DNA of 64,000 bases from the human T2T-CHM13v2.0 reference genome, Homo sapiens (GCF_009914755.1 NC_060929.1), one strand, 5' to 3'. Numbered from the stretch's first letter, positions 14,408 to 31,264 are shown. Translations and numbers: made by a program. The notes: a model not told the origin generated them from the sequence alone.

Positions 14408-14581
14408 TTTTTTTTTTTTTTTTTTTTTTAATTATTATTATTATACTTTAAGTTCTTAGATACCATGCCTGGCCTTTTTTTGTTGTTAAATTATTATTAT
14501 TATACTTTAAGTTCTAGGATACACGTGCAGAACGTGCAGGTTTGTTACATAGGTATACACATGCCATGGTGGTTTGCTGCA
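14408..14581 (-). mobile_element. Very short L1PA (L1PA7/8-like) 3' end, partly duplicated
   Basis: ttattatactttaagttctaggatacacgtgcagaacgtgcaggtttgttacataggtatacacatgccatggtggtttgctgc. Confidence 0.9.
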
Positions 14582-16643
14582 GTTAGCAGTGTCTTTTAAG
14601 AAAGAGTTTTTGTTTTTGAAGTATAATTTACTTATGTATCGTTTTAAGAATCATACCTTTGCTATCATATCTAAGAGATATTTGACTATTCTGAGGCCAC
14701 ATTTTCTTCCATGTAGTTTTGCTAAAACATTGTTATAGTTTCATGTTTTATATTTATGTCTATGATCCTTCTTTAAGTTAATTTTTTACATAGTATGAGG
14801 CTTGAATTTAAGTTCATTTTTTTACATACAACTTGTTCAAATGATTCAATACTGTTTGTTGAAGACTATGATTTCTCCACTATACTGTCTTTGCACTTTT
14901 GTCAAAAGGCAGTCCATAGTGTATGGATCTATTTCTGAAAACTCTAGGCTGTTCTATTTGCGTATTTGTTTATTTTTGTAATAATCGCACCCTTAGTTAT
15001 GTAGCTTTGTATTAAGTCTTGAAATCAGATATTGTTAGCCCTACAATTTTTTTTTCTTTTTGAAAGTTATTTTGGTTATTCTAGGTTATGTACCTTTCCC
15101 TGTAAATTATTTTGGTGTCTACAAGAAAAGCCTGATGATATTTTGTTTAAGGGTGTGTTGAATTTACAGATCAATTTGGGAAGAATTGGCATCTTAACAA
15201 TAATGAGTCATTGAAACCATGAACACAGTGTGTCATTCCAATTATTTAGCTTTTCTTTAGTTCCCTCCAGCAGTTTTTTTTTTAGTTTTCTGTGTATAGG
15301 TCTTTTATATCTCTTTTCAGATTTATTCCTAAGAATGTCATATTTTGATGCTAATGCAAATGATATTTTTATTTCAGTTTTCAATTGTTGCTTGTATATA
15401 GCAATGCAATTAATTTTTTAATATTGATCTTGTATCCTGCAACCTTGCCAAACTCAATAATAAATTCTGTAACTTTTTATATAATTCATCATGCTTTTAA
15501 CATAGACAGTTATATCATCTGAAAATAAAGACAATTTTTAATTTTTTTCTTTCCTGCTTTATTAAAACACTGGCTCAAGTAAAATTATTAAATAGAAGTG
15601 TTAAAAGCTGACATTCTTATTTTCTTTCTTAGGCAGGAAACATTCAGTCTTTCATTATTACTATCATATTAACTACAGGTTCTTCATAGATATGCTTTCC
15701 TGGTAGTAGAAATATTCTGCTATTCCTAGTTTGCTAGAGTTGTTATCAGGAATGGAAGTCAGAGTTTGTCAAATATTTTCCCTGTATCTACTGAGATGTT
15801 CATATGTTTTTACTTCTTTAATTTGTTAATGTTCTGAATTACATTGATTAACATTTAATGTTACATCAACCTTTTATTCATGGAATAAACTCAATTTAAT
15901 GACACAATCTTTCTTAGGAGTTTTGGGTTTTATTTTCTGAAATTTAGATTGTTTAACCCGTATTGTTGTGATAGGTCTGTAATTTCCTGTAATGTCTTTG
16001 TCTAGTTTGGGTATCAAAATAATGATGGCTATATAAAATGAATTGTGAAATATTTCCTCCTTAACAATGTTCTGGAATTTCTTGTATGAAATTTGTTATT
16101 TTTTTTTCCTTAAATGTTTTGTAGAATTAACCAGTGAAGCTATCTAAGGCTGGGAGAACAGTTTCAGGTTTTTTTTTTTTTTTTTAAAGTGGATATAAGA
16201 CTATCAGATTATTTATCTCTTCTTGAATATATTTTGTTACATTGTGTCTTTTAAGAAATTTTTTCTATACATCAAAGTTTTTAACTTATTGGTATTCCCC
16301 CTGATTATTCTTTCAATATCAGGAATTGGTATTGCTGTCGCCTCTTTCATTCCCTATACTGGTATTTTGAGTCTTATCTCTTTTTATTCTAAGTCTATCC
16401 AGAGGTTTATCAGGTTTATTGATTATTTAAAATAACTAGCTTTTGGTTTCATTAATTTTCTCTTTTGTTTGCTGTTTTCTATTTTATTGATTTCTGTCTC
16501 GATTTTTATGATTTTCTTTTTTTCTGCTTTGGCGTTATTTTTCTCTTCTTTTTTCTAATTTCTTAGGTAGAATTTGAGGTCACTTATTTAAAACCATACA
16601 TCTTATTAAATATGGGCATAGATTGCTATAAATTGGCATCCCC

Positions 16644-16936
16644 AGCCGAGTGCGGTGGCTCACACCTGTAATCCCAGCACTTTGGCAAGACAAGGCAGGT
16701 GGATCACTTGAGATCAAGAGTTTGAGAACAGCCTGGCCAACATCATGAAACCCTGTTTCTACTAAAAAAAATTACAAAATTAGCCAGACATGGTGGCAGG
16801 TACCTGCAACCCTAGCTACTCGGGTGACTGAAGCAGGAGAATCGCTTGAACCCAGGATGTGGAGGTTGCAGTAAGCCAAGATCGTGCCACTACACTTCAG
16901 CCAGGGCAACAGAGTGAGACTTTGTCTCAAAAAAAA
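16644..16936 (+). mobile_element. Alu (Sx/Sz-like)
   Basis: Full dimer; degenerate TSD aaattggca on both sides. Confidence 0.95.
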
Positions 16937-17749
16937 ATTGGCACACCTAAATTCTTTAATATGGTTTGTTTTCATTATTATTCAGTTCAAAATATTTTAT
17001 AATTTTCCTTTTTATATATGCTTTGACCCATAGATTATTTTAAAGTGTGTTATTTGGTTCCCTAATACTTTGATATTATCTGAAATATTTTTGTTATCTT
17101 TACTTAGTTTATGTTAGAATGTTATTTGTGTGATTTGAATACTTTTAAATATACTGAGACTTATTTTTATGGTCCAGAGTATAGTCTATTTTGGCAAATG
17201 TTCCATGTGCACTGGGAAAAAGTGTGTACCTCCTGTTAGTGTTCCATAAACATCATGTTAGTTCCTAGTGGTTTTCAATTTTTTATATCCTTACTGATTT
17301 TTTCTCTATTCATTCTGTCAATTATTGAGAGAACAGTATTGAAATCCTTAAGTTTGGATTTGTTTATTTGTCCTTGCTTTTTTTGTTCTATTTGTTCTAT
17401 GCATTTTTGTTTCACTTATTTTGAAATTATGTTATTAGGGGCATAGAAATGCGTAATAATTATGTCTTGATGAATTGGCAGTTTGCCAGTATCAGAAAAA
17501 ATCATTTTTATTACTGGTAATATTCTTTGCTCTGAAGTATAATTTGTCTGATATTTAACAGCCACTTCAGCTTTCTTTTCAAAGTGTTACCGTTGTACAT
17601 AGATACCACTCTTTTACATCTTAATCTTTTTATAGCTGTATCTTTATATTTGAAGAGACAATATTAAATATTAGTGTGATTATTGAAATGGTTAGGCTTC
17701 AGTTTTTCATCAATAAACTCACTATTTGAACCATCTTTTCTTTGTTCTT

Positions 17750-17789
<40 letters not shown>

Positions 17790-18267
17790 GTCAACTATTG
17801 GATTAGTAGATTTGATCATTTGAATTTGTCTTCTTTCTTAGCCTGTTAGCTAAAACTCTGTTGTGTTATTTTTGCAGTTGCTTCAGGGTGCATAGTTTAC
17901 ATCTTAACTCATCACAGTCTATCAATATCATTTACTTTCTGCCTAAAAGACTGCCTTTAATATTTTTTAATGTGTATCAATTAATAATGAATTCTTTCAG
18001 CTTTTGTGTTCTGGAAATGTCATTTTACCTGTTTTTGAGTGATATTTTCCCTCGATATAGAATTCTAGACTATAAGGATTCTTTTCTTTTTCAGTAGTTT
18101 AAAAATGTTGTTCAACTCTTTTTTGGATATATTTCTAACAAGAAGTCTTCTGTCCTCTTTACCTTTGTTCCTCTGTACATAAGGTTATCTTTTAAGATTT
18201 TTTAAAAATTACTGGTTCTCAGCAATTTGATTATGATATGCCTTAGTATAGTTTTAAAATTTTTTCT

Positions 18268-18400
18268 GGCCCTGTGTGGTGGCTCATGCCTGTAATCCTA
18301 GCACTTTGGGAGGCCAAGATGGGAGGATTGCTTGACCCTAGGATCTCAAAATCATCCTGGGCAACATAGAAAGGCCTTTTCTCTACCAAAAAATAAAAAT
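18268..18400 (+). mobile_element. Alu left monomer (FLAM_C/AluJ-like)
   Basis: ggccctgtgtggtggctcatgcctgtaatcc...gggaggattgcttgaccctagg...ctgggcaacatag, then A-rich end. Confidence 0.85.
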
Positions 18401-18750
18401 GAAAGTGAAAATAATGTTTTCTGGTTGCTTGGGGATTTATTTTGCCTCTTGGATCTGGATATTAGAGTTTTCATCAAATTTGGAAAAAATTCGGATCATT
18501 TTGTTTCATTTATTTTTTCTCTCTCATGCCCTTTTACCTGTTTTAGGCCACTTGCAGTTGTCTCACAGAACGCTGATATTCTTTTTCTTTCTGGAAAATT
18601 TCTCCCTGCTCTCTCTGCTTCATTTTAGCTTTTATTGCTATGCTTTCAAGTTCTTCTGCATTTCCTTTGTAATGTATAATTTGTTGTTAAACCCATCCAA
18701 TGTAATTTTTATCTTACACATTGTAGTGTTCACCTCTGGGATTTAAGTTG

Positions 18751-18861
18751 GTATATATATGTGTGTGTTGGTGTATATATATATTTAGATAGATATAGAT
18801 AGATAATATATGTGTGTGTATATATATGTGTGTATACACACACACACACACACACACACAC
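18751..18861. repeat. Compound (TA)n/(TG)n/(CA)n microsatellite
   Basis: Read directly from the sequence. Confidence 0.9.
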
Positions 18862-18862
18862 A

Positions 18863-19240
18863 GCTCAAAATAAGAGCCATCTATGACAAACCCACAGCCA
18901 ACATCATATTGAATGGGGAAAAGTTGAAAGCCTTCACCCCAAGAAGTAGAAAAAGACAAAGATTTCCACTCTCACCACTTCTATTCAATACTGTACTAGA
19001 AGTCCTAGACAGAGCAATTAAGCAGGAGAAAGAAATAAAACGTATCCAAATTGGAAAAAAAGAAGTCAAGTACTCTCTCTTCATTAATGACATACTGTAT
19101 ACCTAGAAAACCCTAAAGACTCCTCCAAAAGATACCTAGACTTGATTAACAACTTCAGCAAAATTTCAGGATAAAAAAGTCAGCAGATAACAATCAGTAA
19201 CATTTCCATACACCAATAGCGTTCAAGCTGAGAACCAAAG
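18863..19240 (+). mobile_element. Internal L1 (L1PB/PA-like) ORF2 reverse-transcriptase fragment
   Basis: Translation [23 protein letters not shown]...[35 protein letters not shown] is L1 ORF2p RT. Confidence 0.93.
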
Positions 19241-19289
19241 CTTGCCATTATATAATTACTAAAAATTTAAATTATAAGATAAGTGTAAA

Positions 19290-19420
19290 ATGTTTTTATA
19301 TTGTTTTAACTTTAATTTCTCTAGTTACTGATAAGGTCAAACATTTTCATCTGATAGCCATTTATATTTGCTTTCCTGTGAGTTACCTCTTTATAACGTT
19401 TGCCAATTTTTACTTTCTTT
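19290..19420 (-). mobile_element. Old L1 (L1ME-like) fragment
   Basis: ttgttttaactttaatttctctagttactgataagg...gccatttatatttgctttcctgtgagttacc. Confidence 0.55.
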
Positions 19421-19532
19421 ATTTGTTGGTGTGTGTGTTTGTGTGTGTGTGTGTTGTAGATGTTTATAAGCTTTTGTAATTAGCCAAATGTACAATTATT
19501 GAGGGGAAAATATCTGAAGATTATGTATACTT

Positions 19533-19830
<298 letters not shown>

Positions 19831-20719
19831 AATTATGTATACTTCTAATCAGTCCAGTTCCCTTACTCCCCGCGTCTTCACCTGAGCCACTCTAATCATC
19901 ACTTCACCTAGACCAAGTCCAGAGAACTGGCCCTTGCCTGGCTTCAGACACACATACACTTTGGGCTATATATTATTTTATGATTATATTTATCGTTCAT
20001 ATTAAACTTAATAACATGCTAATTCTGGGTCTTTCTGCACATACAATTTGAGTGGAGATTAGATACTGTGGTTCATCTAGTAACTTAGAGTAGTATAAGG
20101 GCTGTTCTAGGCACTTAGTCTGGATTTGAAACTTGATAAGTAAGGCAAGCTCCAGAAACCTAATTCAATTATATATTTTTCATTTACAAACGGCAGAAGT
20201 ATGGCTGTAGACCAGTATATACAATTTGAATAGAATTACACAGAAATTTGTTGCCTGAGACTGAGCTTCTAAGGATGTAGGTGAGACTGAGTCGATTTAT
20301 CAAGAAAGAAATACAAATCTTCCATTTTAATTTAATTATAACTATCAAGCATGAATTTACATAGTGTCATCTTCAGCAAAATTGAGACAAATGTCACCAT
20401 ACCAGTGAAAACCCCTAACCAATCAAGTCTAGGTGGTTATATGTGTATAAAATAATTTCGTTTGAATCGACAAGGTATATAATACACGGTTTCTTTCAGT
20501 TACCATCCTTTTCATCATCTATAATTACTGACCTTTTTGTGTGAATATTTCTGGTAAGCCTCTTGAGAATGGAGCCTTGTTTCATTTATTTTCTAAGCCC
20601 TCTTAGCATTTAGCACAATAATTTCAATGTCTCTAAATGTGCCATGGTCAAGGAAAGGTTGGCTACTTCATCCTTAATACTGCTGCTGCTGATGTTGATA
20701 TTAATAATAATAACAACAG

Positions 20720-21236
<517 letters not shown>

Positions 21237-21259
21237 GGTTTGGAAATTTTATAAAGCAG

Positions 21260-21400
21260 CGCTTTGTTTGCAAGTCTGTGTCTCCTACTAGGCCTCATGC
21301 TTGTTGAAGTCAGGCCTGACTTGTTTATCTTTGTTCTTCCGGCTGTAGCACAGTGTCTGACACAGAGTATGCTCTCAATAAATGTTATTGAAATAATGAG
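21260..21400 (+). mobile_element. L2 3' end
   Basis: tgtctcctactagg...tagcacagtgtctgacacagagtatgctctcaataaatgttattgaa. Confidence 0.75.
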
Positions 21401-21583
21401 TCTGATGAGCAGCATACCCTTCTATCAGAATCTTCCAGAGCAGCAGACAAAACTTCTATATCTCTTTTAGGCCTCCTCAAAATGCATATTTCTACCTGCA
21501 ATGAGTACTCTGGTAATGTTAATTGATGATGTGACTGCAGTTAATAACATATCTTTTCACTCATAGTCATAAATGTGGGTGGT

Positions 21584-21980
21584 TGTACTAGTCAGCTATT
21601 GTTGCACAATAAACAGTCCTAATGCTGGCTTAAAGCAACCATTTATTCTCTCTTACATGTGTGTGAGTAGGCACAGAATTGGCTCTCCAGTCTGCCGTGG
21701 ATGCCAGGGTGTGAGATGGGTCCAAATATGCTTCTGTGTCCGTCATCTTCCTTGGTGCAAAATCGTAACAGGACAGCTTCTTTTTACAAAGGTGGCAGAG
21801 GTGTGAGAGGACAAGCCCATCTATGCATGCACATTTCAAGTCTTCTTGACTAAAGTAAGTCACATGACTGAGACCGAAGGGTCTACTCGGTCTACAGTGA
21901 GAGGAACTGCAACGGTCTGTGGAAAAGGATGTCGATTCCTGCAGTGGTAAATAATGGAGTCAATAATTCAATCTACCACA
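21584..21980 (-). mobile_element. MaLR solo LTR (MLT1H/I-like)
   Basis: Starts tgtactagtcagctattgttgc, ends aattcaatctaccaca; internal gtaagtcacatgactg, gaggaactgcaa. Confidence 0.75.
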
Positions 21981-23764
21981 TTTGTACTGACCAAGCAAGT
22001 GATCGAGAAAAACATTTAGAAACACCAACAGCAAAATTTTGATTAAGTTCTTAAAGTAATGTGGTAGATGTTGGAAGCAAAATCCAAGCCAATTTTTATT
22101 TAATCACAGTCTTCTTCCACTCTTCCAACAAATGGTGGATAATGAGTATTACAGTCATTTCAACAGTAATCAACTATGGTATCCCAAACAGAAGATTATA
22201 ACTTCAGCTGGAAATTGCGCAGCAGGACAGTTGAAGGCTTAAAAACAAACAACAGGCAAAAAAAATCTCATTTAGTCTCAAGTGATACTTTGCAATAAAG
22301 AGAGAGGGTAGGGGCAGGGAAATTAAGAAATGAGCAACATGGGCAGAATTGTGTCCCAACAGAAGACTGGACGTGTCATTAAAGGAAGCACTAGAGAGAA
22401 TTTGAATATCAGACAATGATACATGAGGTAAATGTGACTGGCACTGACCAGTTAACATTAAAAAATGCGTATGATGAAATGAGAAGGTAGGAAATCTAGG
22501 AAATTAAAACAGAGAAGATAAAGCTTTCCTTTTGTCTCACACTAGGAGAGTGATACCTTGCATGCTTTTCCTTAAGCTTCTTAAGCCTGTAGCATGAGTG
22601 ATTCAGAACAATGTAGGAGTAATTACTCGAGTGTTTCAGTCTTTGAGAATCTGCAATAGGCTGTTTACCTACAGGTTCTGAATTCTTTTGCAGGTATGCA
22701 GTTGACTATGTCATCCTCTCCTGACGCTGTCCAAGATCCTCTGAAGGCCATGTCAATCGCTAGGTCTAAATAAGGATCAGAGAGCAAAGCTGAGGAGTAA
22801 ACTCATACATAAACAGAACACAGGACATTCTACTTAAAGACACAAATAATAAGGAAAAATGCCTCATGAAGTAGCCTCATGAAGTAGCAATCCTTCTGCA
22901 ATTACTGAACATTTCCCTGCAACTTTTCTGTGTTTTTCAAGCAATTTTCTTTATTTTCCCTCACATGAAATGACACAGACCTGCAATTTCTCACTCCTTT
23001 CATTCAAATTGTGTGTCATTTTCCAGGGGCTCAGGCACTTACTGTTTTATATCCGTACAAATGTGTGTATGTATATATATGCACACATATAGGGAAAAAT
23101 AGGAACATTGTCTTGACAAAATATGCTTTATACTATCTTTAACAAAAGAGACAATAGGTAGGTCTAAAAAATACATTTTGAAAGTGTAAGTATAAAAAGA
23201 AGATTCAACAATTGTTTTACAAGAGAAAGTGTTCCTCAGTTTCCCATTCTTTTCCAAAGGTAAAATAGAATGAAACTGATCAAAAGTAATGACTGTGAAT
23301 AGGACCACAGTCTCAAGTCATTCTTTCTACTTCTTAGGCCAAGAATGTATTAGAATTGCCATGGCATTGCCAGCAGAAAGCCAGATGCATAGCTAATTAC
23401 TAGAAACTATAGGATTATAGTAAAAAACAAAACAAAACAAAACAAAAACTGGCACTTTCCTAAAAAAAATCTGGTATGATTGTAGGAACCCATGGAAGAA
23501 GAATGAATCCCATGACTTGACTTGCTTTTCCAATATTATGTATATGCAATTCTCACATTTCCTTTCTCTACTTATTTTTGCCTATATCAACCATGGCAAT
23601 TTCAACGTGTAGGTGTGTACCGAGATCTTGTAGACTGACTCAGGATCTTCTAAACTCAACTGCAGTTTACTACATCCTGTCTAAATCACTCATGTATTAC
23701 AAAAGGGAAACTTTGGCCTTGATCTAATGAAATGCATCTTGCCCTCCTTATCATACTTTCCTCC

Positions 23765-24140
23765 ATTTATTCATTCATTCATTCACTCACTCATTCATTC
23801 ACATCTCTGTTTATTTAGTAAATATTTTGCGGGCCAAGTACTCAGATAGATCCCAGGGAGTAGAAGATGAGGTAGAGAAGGGCATGACTGTTGAGAGAGT
23901 CCAGTCTAAAGTAACAGTTAGCCACATAAAGTTACAAAATGATGAGAAAAACATCAAAACAGAGGTACGCACAGAGTGCTATGGAAGGAGAAAGAAAGCA
24001 ATTAGTTCCGCCTACAGTAGCCCAGAAAGGCTCCACAGAGGTGTCACTTTTGATATATTTTGAGGGATAAGCAGAAATCTGCCAAATACAGATAAAAATG
24101 GTGGATGGGCTGAGAGCAGAAAGCCTTTGCATGTGCACTG
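23765..24140 (-). mobile_element. L2 3' portion
   Basis: (attc)n tail followed by diverged antisense L2 text (agagtgctatggaagg, gaaaggctccacagaggtgtcac). Confidence 0.65.
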
Positions 24141-24650
24141 AGGCCCTCTACCATGATGCCCAGTGACAGGTGACTTATAGCCCCAATAGGATTTAAAACA
24201 CTGCTATACGGAGTTACTGTTTTCATTGAGAAACTGTGTCCCCCTTGCTGTGTCTTAAATAAGGTTATCGAATATGTCAAGTAGCATAAAACCACAATTT
24301 TTAAAAATTTATTTTCCTTATGCAAGTGAAGAGACACTTTTAAAAAATATGACCATTTTTATCTTGGTATGGGTCAGTTTGTAATTATATGGAAATTGTT
24401 ATAATTGATACAGGCAATGGCATTCCAAAGCCTGTGTAAGTAGATAATATTTGCAAATTTGCCAGTCTGGCTTTGAACTGAATCCTGTGTTATTGTGTAA
24501 CTTGGAGTGGGGGGATGGTAGAAAAGAGAAACTTATTTTTTGTTATTAAGCAAGGAATTTATTTTGAGATAAATATCATCAGAAGCTTGCTAAATATTCT
24601 TTTTTTTTTCCTTTTTAAAATTTGTATAAATGTATGGGGTATAAGTGTAA

Positions 24651-24778
24651 TTTTTTTTGTTAGCGATGGGATCTCACTATGTTGCCCAGGCAAGTCTGCA
24701 ACTCCTGGGCTCAAGGTTGCCTCATGCCTCGGCCTCCCAAAGTGCTGGAATTACAGGTGTGAGCCACCATGCCTGGCC
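24651..24778 (-). mobile_element. FLAM_C-like free left Alu monomer
   Basis: gatgggatctcactatgttgcccagg...actcctgggctcaag...gcctggcc; degenerate TSD aagt(g/a)t(a/g)atttt. Confidence 0.85.
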
Positions 24779-24996
24779 TTCAAGTATGATTTTGTTACAT
24801 GCAGAGGTTGCATAGTGGTGAAGTTACGGCTTTTAATGAATCCATCACACAAATAATGTACATTGTGCCCATTAAGCCATTTCTTATCATCTGCCCCCCT
24901 CCCACTCCCAACCCTTCTGAGTTTCCAATGTCTATCATTCCACACTCTATGTCCATGTGTAGATATTATTTAGCTCCAATTTATAAGTGAGAACAA

Positions 24997-25177
24997 GGCC
25001 GGGATGATGACCCATGCCTGTAATCCCAGTAATTTGGGAGGCTGAGGGGGAGGATCACTTGAATCGGGGAGTTCAAGGCTGCAGTGATCCATGACTGAGC
25101 CACTGCACTCCAGCCTGGGCAATAGAGTGAGACATTGTCTCCAAAAAATAAAAAAAATTTAAAAAAAATTAAATTAA
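24997..25177 (+). mobile_element. FRAM/FAM-like free Alu monomer
   Basis: ggccggg...ggaggatcacttga...gttcaaggctgcagtga...cactgcactccagcctgggc plus A tail; TSD ataa(g)tgagaaca. Confidence 0.85.
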
Positions 25178-25387
25178 ATAATGAGAACATGTAGTAATTG
25201 TCTTTTCTTTCAGGACGTGAGTATCTTTCGGGACCTGAGTTTTCAATTATAGCAGGGTATTCTTTTAAAATTCTCCATATTCCCTGTTTGTCATATTCTG
25301 TTAAACTTTCATTAAAAATAATAGAAATACAGAATTATAACCATAATTATTTTCTATCATCTTGATCAATGCCCCCAAAAGGGATGA

Positions 25388-25771
<384 letters not shown>

Positions 25772-26847
25772 TATACAGTGCTTTTTTAAATGACAGGAAA
25801 AAAAGTAACCCTAGATTTTATTGTGCCATTTTTACTAGTTAATTTTGACTTCCTGATCAAATAGGATCTCCTTACCTATTTTTTGAATAAGTACCTCTTT
25901 CTTCCCTTGTCTTATCTTCTTATGTCATCTGTATTGCATTTATACAGTATTTGTGTCTTTTCTGCCATTTTAATACACAACATTTTGCTTGTCCAAACCT
26001 TGTGAGACCCCTTTTCTAACCAGACTTCCAGTCCTTGCCTTACCTGGCTAACTCTTGTCCCTTTGACACTTGGGCCCAACGGGTGAATTTAAAAACACTT
26101 TAAATTTCTTCCATTTTTTGGAGTCATTATTAGTATCTTAATAGGCAATAATATGTGTGATTCTACTATTTATCAGCAGTGTGACTCTCTTAAAGACCAT
26201 CATGGCAGAAGCCCATCATGGAAGTCTACCATTTCTACCTTGCCATCCAATCAACCCCTTCCTACCACAACACTTACCTTTACCCACAGACTTCTTACTT
26301 TCCTTATGTGGACCTCAAAAACATAGCCAAAGTTTACAGCCTGACAGCCTCCTCGCCAAATTTAGCCTAACAGTCTCTCAGCCCCAATCTCTTTCTCTCT
26401 TTCTCTCCGATTTTATTTCATTTTTCGCACACATGCAATTTTTTGGACTGCAGTGTTAGTTCATAATTAATAATTAAGAGATTTACACATACACACAAAT
26501 TCAGGTTTCTACTTTTACTTGATTTTTTTTTTTTTTTCTAGAAGGGCTTTGTTATTTCAAGTTTGCTGTGGTTCTCACTACACACTTCTGTCTCCCAACA
26601 CCTAGTTGTCATTTCTTAACTCACTTAGGCTATTGTGTTCTCATATGCCTGACCATTTTCACTCACTGATGTTGCCAACTTAATATCTACAGTTATCTGA
26701 GTTTGTGACTCCTGGCATAGATTTATCTACAAAACAGGAAAACACGGTTCATTTTTAGAAAACAGAAGCCAAATCATTAAGTAATTTTCCCCAGCTCTCA
26801 CAACAAATGCCTAGTCTTTTAATTCAGTCTAGTATTTTTTTTTATAC

Positions 26848-27017
26848 CAATGTTTCTCAAATGTGCATCTGAATCACCTGGAAATCTTGATAAAGAGACT
26901 GTGTAGCCCCATCCTAGAGTTTCCAATTTATGACTAGGGAGAACCTAGAGAATGTGCATTTCTACCAAGTTTCCAGTTGGTACTGGTTGTCGGGGGACAT
27001 ACTTTGAGAACTGTGTG
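26848..27017. mobile_element. MER5A (hAT-Charlie)
   Basis: caatgtttctcaaa...gcatctgaatcacctgga...aatgtgcatttctaccaagtttccag...actttgagaac. Confidence 0.85.
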
Positions 27018-27235
27018 CTATGCCATTGTGCGAATTCCTCTCAGTTTACTTTTAAGATGAGATTGAGTATTTACTCTGCCTTCCAAATGATTGTAAACTT
27101 CAAAAAATGTTACACAATAAATATAAAGAGTGTCTCCTTCACTTGAGCATAAGCCCCATAAAAGCTGGAACATAGCTGTCTTCTTCATTTTAGTATTTCC
27201 AGTTTCTGATACATAGGAATTACTTTATAACTTTT

Positions 27236-27526
<291 letters not shown>

Positions 27527-28329
27527 ACTTTATAATTTTTTAAAACAAATTCGTGAATAAGAGGTAAAATGCAGGGCTTGGAAAAATTTAATAAAAATAA
27601 AGACTGAAGTAGAGATCTGGTCCCTAACAATCAATTTCAATTTAAGGAAAATAATTTCTAAGGAACGTCTATGCTTCTCTGATTTATTTGGTAGCTTAGT
27701 TATGCTTGCGTTAAGAATGCAAAAGGAAGCAGTGTATCACTCGCTGATGGTGCTCATTGTAATAGTTCCTCCTCTGGGTAGAAAGAGTTTCCACATACAC
27801 ATTCGAAGGAGTGTAATCACTATCCAGAGACCGAATCCTCTGCCCTGACAGTTGGAAAATGACTATGTGTGCTGACAGCCCCACAGGATGGGAAATGCAA
27901 TAGCTCTGCTACTACTGTGTAATGTTGCCAAGCTTAATTGACTGCACCCATAAATAGTGGGAGAAAGTGAGAGTGGGTAATCCATACTACTCTTAAATTA
28001 TTATGTGGGATCAACCTTCAGGCCTCCCAGAGAATCTCTGTAGTATAAGTCATTGATTGTTTAGATTTTAGGTTTCTTTGTTGTCTGTACCAACCCCAGC
28101 TCAATTTTATTCACTTGCTTTTTTCTTTTTTTTCTTCATGTTCTTGCTTTCACATGCTTCCTTTTCCTTTTATTTTCCTTTATAGCTTTACACAGAGCCA
28201 CTCTTATTCCTCCATCCTCACCTCTTTTTCTTGCTATATATTCCAATCAGCATTCAAACATTAATAATCACTACTCTTGCCTTTTCATCCTTCTCCAGAT
28301 ATTCCACTATCTATTCTAATTCCCCCTGA

Positions 28330-30060
<1,731 letters not shown>

Positions 30061-30262
30061 AGGTCTTCCTCACAATTCTCTTCTCACCAGATATCCCTTA
30101 GCTCCTATCTCTATTTTCAACTTCTCTCAGATTTTTATCCTTCCTTCCTTTTTCTTCCTTCTTTGCTTCCTGCATTCTTTCATGACAAATGCAGACTTGT
30201 CAGTTAAATTCAAAACTTCCCACCTACTTATGTAAAGTTCAGTTTTACTTAAGGTAAGACAA

Positions 30263-30957
<695 letters not shown>

Positions 30958-31037
30958 GACAATTAGTTTATTTAATTGAAATTCAGAAATATATGCTCAA
31001 TAGCAGATTAACATTTTCCTTCATTTGATTTGCCTCT

Positions 31038-31073
<36 letters not shown>

Positions 31074-31264
31074 GCCTCTGGCTATGTAAATCTAGACCAT
31101 TTGGAAGAATGATATCTCCTAAATTACCAAGATATATATTTTTTACTCAAAATACCCAGGACTAATTCCCTATACTGATTCATTCAATCATTCATTTATT
31201 CATTTGTTTAATTAATCAATTATTGATTGAGATCTTACTGTGTATTATGGATTTTTATTATTTA

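Larger units (their letters stand above)
24600..25207 (-). mobile_element. L1MA-type 3' end interrupted by two Alu monomers
   Basis: tatggggtataagtgtaattt...tgttacatgcagaggttgcatagtggtgaagt...tttagctccaatttataagtgagaaca. Confidence 0.85.
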
